Assembly: GCA_001275005.1 (NCBI GenBank)
Contig: JWZX01002124.1
Location: 1 to 32,609, forward strand
From: Chrysochromulina tobinii
Taxonomy: Eukaryota
DNA: 32,609 nucleotides
Reading direction: 5' to 3'
Position 1 is the first letter of the stretch, and each line of letters begins with the position of its first letter. The translations under genes and the position numbers were made by a program. Of this stretch, positions 1 through 9,583 are shown in pieces. The notes under the pieces were generated by a model that did not search any database, was not told the DNA's origin, and saw only the letters and a program-made list of their open reading frames with translations.

Positions 1-524
1 GCGGCATGGCTGAGGAGCTGTGCCATCTGCCCGACGAGCTGTTACCCAAGGGGCTGCGCGCGCGCGCTTCCTTGTGGCACCAGCTCCTCCTGCTGAGCAG
101 TCTGCCTCTGAATGGGCCTGCAAGGCGCGAGCATTGGCTGATGGCGAAGGCCTGGCGCGAACGTCTTCCGCGGCCAGCGCAGCCAGCGGGGAGCGCACGG
201 CACCGCCACCCTGTCGCACGGCAAAAAAGGGCGACCCAGGGCCCGAGAGAGGCGCTGAACGAGGGGAGCCATGATCGGGCTCCCCATTTTCACGCGACGA
301 CCCTCCCTCTCCCAGCCCCTTGTGTGACCACGTGTCGCGCTCACGGTCGCCCATCGCCCAAGTTCGGGATCGGGACTGATCGGGGAGCCGGACCGGACCA
401 GTCGGACGCGCCGCCGCGGTGAGGAGATCAGGAGTGCGGCGGCCGGGCGCTTCGAACGGAGAGTGGAGCGATACGCATAAGCGTATTAGAAAGTCGGTGT
501 ACTCCAGCGGGCGCGGCCACAGAC

Positions 525-1982
525 ATGAGCGAGCCCAAAACAGCCATCTCCATCGTCAGCCCCAAAGAGGCACCCACGCGCGAGAAGCCCAAGGAAAAGC
601 AAATGAGCCCCGAAGCTGACTTGGCCGCCGACAGCCCAACCCTACGCGTTGCCATCATCGGTGCAGGCCCGGCCGGCCTCACGCTTGCCATTGCGCTCGC
701 GCGCCGCGCCGCCGCCGGCGCCGCGGTGCGCGCGACCGTGTTCGAGCGCGCCGACGACCACCGCGGGGCCGCAACATATAACCCGGACCGTTCGTACACG
801 ATCGACATCACGGGCCACGGCGCCCGCGCGGCCCACTATGTCGGCGCGGCCGGCCGCTTCGATGCGTCCCTCATACCGTTCCTCGGCCTCCGCATCCCCT
901 CTCTCTACATGGAGGAGCGCGCCCCGCAGCCCGGCTGGACGGGCTCGCGCGGCGACATCTGCCGCGCGCTGCAGGCCGAGCTCGAGGCCGCAGCCGGCGA
1001 CGCCGTCACCGTGTGCTTCGGCACAGACGCCGCCGTCGTCAGCGCAGCCGACGGGCTCGTCGAGCTGCGCAGCGCCGCCGCCGCCGGCGGCGATGCGGCG
1101 CGGTGCGAGGCGTTTGACCTCGTCGTCGGCTGCGACGGCGCCGGCAGCGCCGTGCGGCGCGTGCTGCAGGCGCAGCAGCCGGGCTTCACCGTCGAGTCGA
1201 GCGAGCTCGCGAACCACTCGACAATGCTCGCGCTTGACTTGGCGGGCTCAAAGGACGCGCCCCGGCTCGACAAGTCCTGGCTCTACGTGCTGAGCCCCCC
1301 CAAGATCATGATGGTGGCGGGCGCCATCTGCGGGCCCGGTGGCCGCGACGACCCGCTCTGGTTTTGTCAGATCGGGCGCGCCGGCAAGCACTCGTTCGCG
1401 TCGCCGGAAGAGGCGCGCCGCCTGCTCGTGAGCGCGTACCCGGCCGTTGAGAAGCTTTCGAGCGCGGCGGCCATCGAGGCCTTTTCGCGGCGCGAGGCCA
1501 TGCCGACGGGCCGCGCGAAAGCCTGCAGCGCGCTGCACGGCGGGCGCGTCGCGCTGCTCGGCGACGCTGGCGCGCCATTCCCGCCGGTCGGCCAGGGCGT
1601 GAACGCGGCCATGGAGGCCGCAACTGTGCTCGACGCGTGCCTCGGCGAGCAGCTTGAGGCGCTCCGCGCCGGAGCGCCCAAGGGCGGGGCTGCCGCGTTC
1701 GTCGAGGCCGCGCTCGCCGCCTACACTTCACGCTGGGCGCCCGAGGCCGCAGCGGTGCGCGCGATCGCGCACGGCCTTGATCTTGATTCGAGCCTTGCCG
1801 TCGTTGTGAAGCAGTGGCTCTACAACCACCTGGGCGTCAGCGCGCTCACAAACGCGAAGGACGCCCGGCTCTCGTATGCGCAGGCGCTCGCCGTCGAGCG
1901 CCGCGCGGACGCGGCCTTCGTTGCCCTGGCCGTGGCGGCCGTGGTGGCGGCGGTCGCCCTCGGTGTAGCGCGTTTCTCCTAG
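525..1982 (+). CDS. FAD-dependent monooxygenase (kynurenine 3-monooxygenase-like, group A flavoprotein) with C-terminal membrane anchor
   Basis: 485-aa ORF. It has the Rossmann motif VAIIGAGPAG, the DG motif DLVVGCDGAGS and the GD motif LLGDAGAPFPPVGQGVNAAME, and ends in the hydrophobic tail AAFVALAVAAVVAAVALGVARFS. The start could be 525 or 603. Confidence 0.85.
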   Translation: MSEPKTAISIVSPKEAPTREKPKEKQMSPEADLAADSPTLRVAIIGAGPAGLTLAIALARRAAAGAAVRATVFERADDHRGAATYNPDRSYTIDITGHGARAAHYVGAAGRFDASLIPFLGLRIPSLYMEERAPQPGWTGSRGDICRALQAELEAAAGDAVTVCFGTDAAVVSAADGLVELRSAAAAGGDAARCEAFDLVVGCDGAGSAVRRVLQAQQPGFTVESSELANHSTMLALDLAGSKDAPRLDKSWLYVLSPPKIMMVAGAICGPGGRDDPLWFCQIGRAGKHSFASPEEARRLLVSAYPAVEKLSSAAAIEAFSRREAMPTGRAKACSALHGGRVALLGDAGAPFPPVGQGVNAAMEAATVLDACLGEQLEALRAGAPKGGAAAFVEAALAAYTSRWAPEAAAVRAIAHGLDLDSSLAVVVKQWLYNHLGVSALTNAKDARLSYAQALAVERRADAAFVALAVAAVVAAVALGVARFS

Positions 1983-2200
1983 GCCTTGCCTTTTTATTAC
2001 CTTTTTAGGGCGAGCCTGCGTCGCTAGTTCGGTAGTTGCGGGCGTTGCCGCATGCCGGGCATTCAGCTAGTGAGCGGAATCGCAATTGGTGAATCGACAC
2101 GAAATCACACTACACACATCCGAGAAATTGATTTTTCTTAGAATTTTCTTTCAGGTGAAACAACGATCCCACATCTAACACACCCCAGGATACATTCATT

Positions 2201-2836
2201 TTAAGTTGTCCTGTGCGCTAGCTCAGACAACATATCCTGGTCGCTTTCAAATGGATGCAACGCGGCAACCACGTCGTTCAGGATGACGCATGCGGCGAGC
2301 GCGTGCGAGCTGCGTGCTCCCCTGCGTGGCGAACCGACGGCGATGCGCGTGCTAAAGCTCTCGTCCCACATGAGCACGGGCACGGCCGTGCCACTAGAAG
2401 CCCACGCGGCTCGAAGCTTTGTCACCTGTTGCCCGACGGCGGTGCACTCCGCGCTCCACGAGCCATCTGCATTGTACGGCATGCCAACGACGGCGGCAGC
2501 GAGCTGCTGCTCGACGAGCACGTGCGCGAGGGCTTCGGCCAATGAATCGAAGCGCGTTGTTCTGCCACCAAAGAAGCGCTCGCGCTGCAGTGACCAGTCC
2601 CACGAGGCAGATGGATTGGCCAGACTTGCTGCAAGTCTGCGCGCAGCTGCAAAGCCACGGCGGCAAGGCACGCGCTCCACAAGGCCGTAGGGTTGCACGC
2701 CCTGGAACCGATTCACGCGCACGGCGAGGCCAAAGTAGGTCACGCCCGGGTCGATGGCGAGCAGCCGGCGGCCGGCGAGCGGCGCGAGCGTGCGTTCGGC
2801 ACACACCATCTTCGGAATTTCCCGCTGTGAACACAT
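2201..2836 (-). CDS. YqgF/RuvX-family RNase H-fold nuclease (pre-16S rRNA maturation / resolvase-like)
   Basis: Motifs in the YqgF order: LLAIDPGVTYFGLAV, VVGMPYNADGS, VLMWDESFST, ALAACVIL. ATG at 2836 or 2809. Confidence 0.85.
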   Translation of the reverse strand: MCSQREIPKMVCAERTLAPLAGRRLLAIDPGVTYFGLAVRVNRFQGVQPYGLVERVPCRRGFAAARRLAASLANPSASWDWSLQRERFFGGRTTRFDSLAEALAHVLVEQQLAAAVVGMPYNADGSWSAECTAVGQQVTKLRAAWASSGTAVPVLMWDESFSTRIAVGSPRRGARSSHALAACVILNDVVAALHPFESDQDMLSELAHRTT

Positions 2837-2932
2837 CGCGAGCGTCAGCGTTCCGGGTACTTCAAAAAGTTGAATCTGGGGTTTCGTGAACTCGATGCTT
2901 CCTCTCTTGACAAGTTCCGCACATCTGTCTCT

Positions 2933-3988
2933 ATGGACGACGGCAACGTGAAGGAGTTCCTAGCCTTCCGCGGCCAGCTGGAAGGCATCAATTGGGAACA
3001 GCCTCCAGAAAAGGGGCGGCGCGCGGAAGTACTCAGCGGCGGGCAATCCTCGCGCGCGCCGTGCTTGCGCGAGGAGGGGCAAGAATTTAGCTGGGAGGAC
3101 ATTGACGAGGGCCCGGCCGAGTCGGACGACTCATGGGCGGCCTTCCATGGGCCGGAGGGCTACGTGCCCGATGGTAAGATCCTCGCTGCAGGCGGCAAGA
3201 AACTCACCAAGGAGCAGAAGCAGAAGATGATGGACGCCGAGCAGCTCGCAGAGGCGCGAGAGAACATCCGCAAGCGTGGCTGGACAGAAGGCGAGGTGAA
3301 GTGGCGCTCGTGGCTCGCGCGGCGCGGGCACGACGTGCAGGTCAACGACTGGAACCTGTACCAGTATATCGACGGCGATTGCATCCCGCCCTCGCGCGAC
3401 CCGTTCTGGATCAACGCGAATGAGGTGCCTCTGCCCGACTACGAGGCTGGCAATGATGTGCCAAACGAGGTGGGACCGATGGAGGTGACCAACATCCTGG
3501 GCGAGCGCATCGAGCCCAAGTGGAAGCCGCCGCGAGTCGTAATGCTCGGTGCGCTCTGGGCGGACGTCAACGTCGCAAAGCTCGCCGAGCAGGGCCTCGG
3601 GCGCGTGACCGATCGCTATTACTGGCGGCAAACGACGGGAATGGTCTTTGTCGAAGTCAAGGTGCCCGAGGGCACGTCAGCGCGCGAGCTGACGGTGACG
3701 ATCGCGCCCCAGCGGCTGACGATCCGGCGTGGCACCGCCGGGCCGCCCCTCTTCGACGAGGAGCTCTACATGAGAATCTACGTGGGCTCGAACGTGGACG
3801 TCGAATCCTCCGTCTGGGAGTTGCAGGACAAGCGCGTCATCATCTTCCACCTGGTCAAGTGGCACAGGCTCGCCGCGGGCAACGTGCGCGACACTTCGCG
3901 CACATGGTGGCGACAGTGCTTCACGCACGAGGAGCCATTTACGCATGAGAACCCGCACGGTGAGTATTACAACCAAAAGGACAAGTGA
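2933..3988 (+). CDS. CS-domain (NudC/p23-like) co-chaperone-type protein
   Basis: The C-terminal YYWRQTTGMVFVEVKVPEGTSARELTVTI...LFDEELYMRI...ESSVWELQD...FHLVK...WWRQCF matches the NudC CS-domain pattern. First in-frame ATG is 2933. The N-terminal half is unassigned. Confidence 0.75.
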   Translation: MDDGNVKEFLAFRGQLEGINWEQPPEKGRRAEVLSGGQSSRAPCLREEGQEFSWEDIDEGPAESDDSWAAFHGPEGYVPDGKILAAGGKKLTKEQKQKMMDAEQLAEARENIRKRGWTEGEVKWRSWLARRGHDVQVNDWNLYQYIDGDCIPPSRDPFWINANEVPLPDYEAGNDVPNEVGPMEVTNILGERIEPKWKPPRVVMLGALWADVNVAKLAEQGLGRVTDRYYWRQTTGMVFVEVKVPEGTSARELTVTIAPQRLTIRRGTAGPPLFDEELYMRIYVGSNVDVESSVWELQDKRVIIFHLVKWHRLAAGNVRDTSRTWWRQCFTHEEPFTHENPHGEYYNQKDK

Positions 3989-4422
3989 GAGACGAAGTTG
4001 ATCGGATACCTTGTCAAGTGAGGTCTGGGTGCGGAACCCGCGCGAGAGCCGGGGCGCGGGAGCCCAGGGCCACGAAGCGGGCGAGTGCACGCGGCAGCCT
4101 GCACCACCACAATGCGGGCACGAACCAACTAGAACCCTCAGCCAACATCGGTACATCCGTGAAATACGCGTCCAAACTCTCGGTTACTCTCCCGGCGATA
4201 CGGGAAAGCAGACGTATCAGAATTCATATTCCCCGCTCTCTCCAGTCTCCACGGCAAAATCACACAACGCGCGCGGGCTGCGTCTCACTCACTAGCTCAC
4301 AACGGTAAACGCAAATAAACGCAAAGATCTCACGCCTGAGCGCTGTGCTGACGCGGCTGTGTACAGTTGCTCCAAACCGAACCTCATCGCATCCGAACAA
4401 CGCCCGAGCAGTCGGCGGCTTA

Positions 4423-5433
4423 TCAGACCTTCTGCTTCTTCGCTGCGGACCCATCGGAGGGGTCACGGTAGCGCGCAATGACGACAGCGTGATCGCGCTC
4501 GTACGGCTCGAGTGTCAGCTGCTCGAGCGGCTTGAACTGCTCGGCTTTGAGTTTAACCACCTCCTGGGCAAAGACGTGCTCAGCGGGCGCGGTCGAGTCG
4601 ATGCAGTTCGCCTTGACGGAGATGACGCAGTGTCCCTCATTCTTGAGGAAGAGGTGCGCGTTGAGCGCCACGATGCGCGCCTGGTCGGGCTGGGCCACGT
4701 CGGCGAAGACGCAGTCGACCATGCCGACGAGCATGCGGTACTTGTGTGGGTGGCGAGCGTCCTCGATGATGGGGATAATGTTGGTGCGCTTCTTTGCCAC
4801 GTTGATCAGGTCGCGGCCTGAACGGTGCGAGAACTCGACGGCGTACACGCAGCCCGTCTCGCCCACCAGATCCGACACGTGCGAGACCGATGTGCCCGAC
4901 GCAGCGCCCAAGTAAAGAACCTTCGAGCCCGGTCCCATGTGGATGCTGTCGACGCCGCCAAGGATGGCCGCCGCGATCTTGGAACGGAAGGGATTCCAAA
5001 CGCGGTACTCGACCTTTTTCTTCGCGTCGCCCTCGCCCTCCTCCACGGTTATCCGCTTCTCGCCGTACACGGCGTCTCCCGGCACCATCGAACGCGTCAC
5101 TAGCACGTCCTCCTTGCCGCGGGCCACAAACACCCCCGCATGCCGGTGGGGCTCGATGATGACCTTGGCGCCGCCCTTCGCGCCGCCCTTGCCCTTGCCC
5201 TTGCCCTTGCCCTTGCCGCCCTTGCCCTTGCCGCCCCCTTTTCCCTTGCCGCCCTTGCCGTCGCCTTTGCCGCCCTTTCCCTTGCCACCATCGCCTTTGC
5301 CGCCCTTTCCCTTGCCGCCGTCGCCCTTACCCTTGCCCGGGCTGCCGGCGCCGCGAAGGTGGAGAGCAAGGTGCAAGCCGGCGCGAACCGACTCGTCCGC
5401 CGCCGCAGCCATCCTGAACGAGGTGGCCACCAT
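4423..5433 (-). CDS. FBL: Fibrillarin (rRNA 2'-O-methyltransferase, box C/D snoRNP)
   Basis: Highly conserved core: [78 protein letters not shown]. Gly-rich N-terminus. In-frame ATGs at 5433 and 5412; the exact start is uncertain. Confidence 0.97.
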   Translation of the reverse strand: MVATSFRMAAAADESVRAGLHLALHLRGAGSPGKGKGDGGKGKGGKGDGGKGKGGKGDGKGGKGKGGGKGKGGKGKGKGKGKGGAKGGAKVIIEPHRHAGVFVARGKEDVLVTRSMVPGDAVYGEKRITVEEGEGDAKKKVEYRVWNPFRSKIAAAILGGVDSIHMGPGSKVLYLGAASGTSVSHVSDLVGETGCVYAVEFSHRSGRDLINVAKKRTNIIPIIEDARHPHKYRMLVGMVDCVFADVAQPDQARIVALNAHLFLKNEGHCVISVKANCIDSTAPAEHVFAQEVVKLKAEQFKPLEQLTLEPYERDHAVVIARYRDPSDGSAAKKQKV

Positions 5434-5731
5434 TGGGATCGCTCCCCAGTCACGGCAAAAAGATGGAGTGCGTCGCACAGGCGACGTGCCCGACGATCCA
5501 ACTTGTAAACGTCAGTTTTTTTCTCCTCGCACCACACATGGAGGCCCCAATCTTGTTGGAAATGCATAACCAAATAAATCCATGGGGCCCTAGACTGAAC
5601 AGATGGCGCGTCTCCCCCTGTTCCCACGCCTTCCCAATCGTATACCCGGTAGTTCGAGCCATGCGACAACAACACGGAACACGCTCAAAACTGTCCACGG
5701 TATCTCGCAAACCTGGGTGTGGTCTCTGCAT

Positions 5732-6856
5732 CTACATCCTGATCCTCGGCGTGTCCACGCGAGACTCGGTCGCCCCGGGCGTCGACATAGGCGTCCACGG
5801 CGTGCCGACCCTGATCGTCACGCCGCCCTCCACGATCGGTGTGGAAGGCGTGCCGAGCAGACTCTGTGCTTCGGCCGCGGTGCTGGGTGTGCCCGACTTT
5901 TGGGCGAGGCGTGCTTCGATGAGCGCACGCGCGCGCTCGCGCCGCCGCTCAGCGACCTCCGGGTCGCTCGTGGTCACCGAAGCTGGGGCTGGCATGGAGG
6001 GCTGGCGCAGTAGATCGGGCAGCGATGGCGGCGGTAGCACGGGCTGTTGGGGAGCGCCGGCGGCGAGGGCGGCCCAGCCTTGGGGCGGGAAGCAGCCGCA
6101 CATGCTGACCAGCACAAAACTCGCCTCACCCACCGCCCGTAGCGGCGGCTCCAGCGGGGGCGGGAAGAGGCTGGCGAAGGCGAACTCGCTCGAGGGATCT
6201 CCGGCCATGCCAGCCGCGCGCGGTTGGTAGTAGCGCAGGTAGACCCAGGCGGCGAGGATGCCATTCCACGCAAAGAGCAGCTCGTCGGGCGGGCCCGAGT
6301 GCGTGCCCAGGAGTAGCACGGCCGACCACACGAGTACGAGGCTCGGCGCGTGGCGCATGGCGTGCACTGCGAGCTGGCCGGCGGCAGGACCATTGCCGCC
6401 CATCACCACTGGCAGCGCGAAGGCGGCATCCACGTGCACGTGCTGCTTGAGCGCCACAGCCAGGCCGCCCATCACGCCCGTCAGCCCACCGAGGCGCGAA
6501 AAGAGAAAGTGCTCCTCACGAAAGAGGATGTACATCAAGATCATGCCCGCCCACGTGAGGCACCCCTGCACCCCGTTGGTTAGGACGACAAAGCGCAGCA
6601 GCTCACGCCCGCCCCAGGTTGGCCGTAGGAGCACTCCGCACGCGAGCAGCGCCGCTGAGCCTAGCAGCAGGTTGAGGAACGAGTCCTCAAAGTAGCCGGC
6701 GGTGATCACCTGCCACGGGCGCGTGGTCGTATGGCCGGGCACGAGGAAAACGACGGTCTGCAGATCGGGCGCGAGACGAAGCAGAAGCGCCGCCACGACC
6801 ACGCCGCCGACCAGGCCGAGCGCCTCTGGCGGCGCATGGAAGTCCTTCCCTTCCAT
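5732..6856 (-). CDS. TMEM115: TMEM115 / DUF1751 rhomboid-like Golgi membrane protein
   Basis: Several hydrophobic helices plus PWQVITAGYFE, WGGRELLRF, WVYLRYYQ, GDPSSEFAFASLFP and the C-terminal ERRRERARALIEARL, typical of TMEM115. Confidence 0.85.
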   Translation of the reverse strand: MEGKDFHAPPEALGLVGGVVVAALLLRLAPDLQTVVFLVPGHTTTRPWQVITAGYFEDSFLNLLLGSAALLACGVLLRPTWGGRELLRFVVLTNGVQGCLTWAGMILMYILFREEHFLFSRLGGLTGVMGGLAVALKQHVHVDAAFALPVVMGGNGPAAGQLAVHAMRHAPSLVLVWSAVLLLGTHSGPPDELLFAWNGILAAWVYLRYYQPRAAGMAGDPSSEFAFASLFPPPLEPPLRAVGEASFVLVSMCGCFPPQGWAALAAGAPQQPVLPPPSLPDLLRQPSMPAPASVTTSDPEVAERRRERARALIEARLAQKSGTPSTAAEAQSLLGTPSTPIVEGGVTIRVGTPWTPMSTPGATESRVDTPRIRM

Positions 6857-7044
6857 ACACCCGACGTTTCGTTTGCGACTTTTCAGCGGTGTAACTTTTC
6901 AGCGGTGGACGACTGTTCATGGTTTGACGGAGCGACCACGTGTTGAATTGGGTATTCAACGTTTGCTGCACAAAATCATACTATTGTAAAGCGGACATGC
7001 TCGGAACTCCCGAGAGCGCGAGTGAAACTTTGCTCGTCGACGCT

Positions 7045-8652
7045 ATGCAGATGCAAGTGACTGTCCCCCCTGGCGCAACAGCAGGGCAGCAGGTTCAGGT
7101 TCAAACACCCTCAGGCCCGATGCTCGTGCAAGTGCCTCCTGGCGCGATGCCGGGAACCTTGTTCACGGTCACGATCCCGCAGCAGCAGCAGCAGCCCGTG
7201 ATGGCGCAGCCCATGATGCAGGCCCCACAGCCACAGTACGGGATGCCGCCCCAGCAGCAACAAGCCGTTGGCTACATGCCGCAGCCCGTGATGGCGCAGC
7301 CCGTGATGGCGCAGCCCATCACCCCCGCCCCACCGCAACCACCCCAGTATGGGAGCCCCGCCCCACAGCAACAAGCACAGTATGGGGCGATGCCTCCGCT
7401 GAAGCAGCCCTCCGGCATGGCGGCGCCGTTGCTCGCTCCCGTTCCGATGGGGATGAACGAGCCTCTCCATGTGCCGATGGGACGGCCGGTCTCTGAGCTG
7501 ATGCCGCAGGTGGCCCCGGTCTCCTCGCTCACCGACAGCTACTCGAACTTCCAGTACACGGCCGAAAGCTCGAGCGAGGCGGGCAAGACTCACGCAGCGA
7601 CGTGGGACGCCAAGAGCGGCATCACAGATGCGGCGAGCTTCTCAGCGCCTGTGCCGATGGGTCAGCCTGTCTTCTACTCGGACGAGCAGATGGCGCTGCT
7701 CAACCAGCAGCCCCCTCCGCCCGAGATCTTTTACTACGGCTTGAAGAGCGGCGTGCGACCCGATGTCGCGCAGCCCCTACCGACGGTGACAGGTGCGGCC
7801 ATCGCGACCGACGCACACGTGGCCATGGCACGCCCGGTCTTGACGACGGCGAGCGGCGTGCCCGTCGTCGTCGCCTCCAGCGCGGGCCTCTCGGGGGCGC
7901 GCACCGCCTTCGATGGCATGCAGGGCATCAAGAGCTGCGACGAGCGCCTCCAGACCTCTGTGGACGAGCTGCTTCTCTTCTTCAACACGCACAACAGCCG
8001 GCCGCTGGTGGGGTGCGCGGTCGAGGGATGGCACCATGAGACGCGCCATAGGCGCGTGCGCGTCGAGGACGGCGACGGCAAGCACCACTACAAGACCGAG
8101 ACGTACGTTGAGAAAGTCACCGACTTTCAGTACAAAATCGACCTGACGTCCTTTGTGTACCCATTCGGTTATATTGTGTCCGTCGATGAGAACAAGCTCT
8201 CCGTGCCGCAGCTCTGCCAAAAGTTCGTGGACGACAAGAACCTGCTCAAGAGCCTCCAGATGAAGAAGGAGGTGCACTTCGACTTCAAGCAGCTGCATGC
8301 GATGGTGTACGGCTACATACGATCGCTCGGGTGGCGGCGAGGGCTCACCGTCTCCTTCCCACAGGCCAACAACTCGGTGCGAGTCTACAATGAGAACATG
8401 CTCTCCGAAATGTGGGAGAACTGCTGCTGCAACTGCCTGATGCACGTGACCATCGTGCCGTGCATCCTCATGCGCCTGTACCGCGGCGACTGCCCGTGCC
8501 AGACGGGCCACGCCGAGAGCGACATCCGCAGCTACTTTCGCATCAACTACGCCCCCATACAGGTCTTCGCAGCGATCCAAAACCAGCTCTGGTGCCCGGG
8601 CTTCTCGGGTATGGCCCTGGCCATGGAGATCTTGCGCAATGTCTTCTGGTGA
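7045..8652 (+). CDS. Hypothetical protein: N-terminal VPPG beta module, Pro/Gln/Met-rich linker, globular C-terminal domain with Cys-rich hydrophobic segment
   Basis: Long ORF with GC-rich third codon positions. N-terminus MQVTVPPGATAGQQVQVQTPSGPMLVQVPPGAMPG, repeated PVMAQ motifs, C-terminal GWHHET...VTDFQYKIDLT...WENCCCNCLM. Alternative ATG at 6997. Confidence 0.75.
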   Translation: MQMQVTVPPGATAGQQVQVQTPSGPMLVQVPPGAMPGTLFTVTIPQQQQQPVMAQPMMQAPQPQYGMPPQQQQAVGYMPQPVMAQPVMAQPITPAPPQPPQYGSPAPQQQAQYGAMPPLKQPSGMAAPLLAPVPMGMNEPLHVPMGRPVSELMPQVAPVSSLTDSYSNFQYTAESSSEAGKTHAATWDAKSGITDAASFSAPVPMGQPVFYSDEQMALLNQQPPPPEIFYYGLKSGVRPDVAQPLPTVTGAAIATDAHVAMARPVLTTASGVPVVVASSAGLSGARTAFDGMQGIKSCDERLQTSVDELLLFFNTHNSRPLVGCAVEGWHHETRHRRVRVEDGDGKHHYKTETYVEKVTDFQYKIDLTSFVYPFGYIVSVDENKLSVPQLCQKFVDDKNLLKSLQMKKEVHFDFKQLHAMVYGYIRSLGWRRGLTVSFPQANNSVRVYNENMLSEMWENCCCNCLMHVTIVPCILMRLYRGDCPCQTGHAESDIRSYFRINYAPIQVFAAIQNQLWCPGFSGMALAMEILRNVFW

Positions 8653-9583
8653 GGCCCGCGGCCGCAAGGCGTGGATGGCAGGCCGTGGAGAACCTGAGGG
8701 CCCGGCCAGCACCACGGAGTTGGGAGGGCTCTCAATCACAAAGGCAACGGGCAGCTGTGGTACGCGCCAGCTACTCCAGCTCCGTTCAGTGTGGCTACTG
8801 GTGCGTGCGTGCGAGCAATTCGTCACAATTCATCATATCATACATGTATTCATCTCTCATGCGCGACGAGCAACCGGTCGAACGTGGAACGTGGCACGGC
8901 AGCCGCTTTGAGTCAGGTTCGAGGTCCGAAGACCGAATGTACAGCTGCACGAGCCTGCAGTTTACTACTGCGGCCGAGTGACGCTGACCGGACGGCGATG
9001 GGACGGGTTGCGGCTCGCGGGCATCCACAAACGTCAAACCACAGGGATTGCAGGGAGCGATCAGCGGCGTGACGTGACTTCGTGTGTATGCGGGGGTGCC
9101 GCACGCTTGGACGCATAGATCGTACCGTACGACCGTGTTCCGAAATATCGAACGTCATGAGGTTCAGTGTTAAGGCCAAGAGGCGTGCTGTGGTCGCGTA
9201 CTTTTTTCGGTTACGCTTGGATCAGTCCCATCCGATCGCTCCGTCCTGGTCCTCGAGGACGCACCGCCCACTCGCACATGATCTCACGATCGGAAAAATG
9301 TAGCACGCGGTCCCCCGGCGCGGCGCCGGCCGCGGAAATAGGACCTGCTGCCGGTGCCGGTGCAGCGAGACACAGCATTCAAGCTACTAGAGAACAGCCG
9401 GAAAGATACTACGCAGATCCCTCGCCGCCGATTCGCATGCACGCGTCGTTTTAAGCTCTCTAGCTCGGCAAGAGCTCACGCTCCCCGACACGGTATCGCC
9501 GCATGCGCAGGCAGTTGTGATGCTACGTCGAGGACGCACGTGCAGCGGCATGCTCCGTAGCGGCACGCTCAGTAGCGGCACAC

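Noticed and set aside
6..422. Short ORFs on both strands at the window start
   Set aside because: No recognisable motifs and mutually overlapping frames. This may be the edge of a gene outside the window, but I cannot support a call.
2201..2836. RuvC-like fold as a possible Fanzor/TnpB or transposase
   Set aside because: Size and motifs fit stand-alone YqgF. There is no zinc finger, no long N-terminal region and no flanking element ends.
8650..9200. TGA followed by Gly as possible selenocysteine read-through
   Set aside because: No redox motif context and no convincing SECIS (AUGA...AA...GA stem) downstream.
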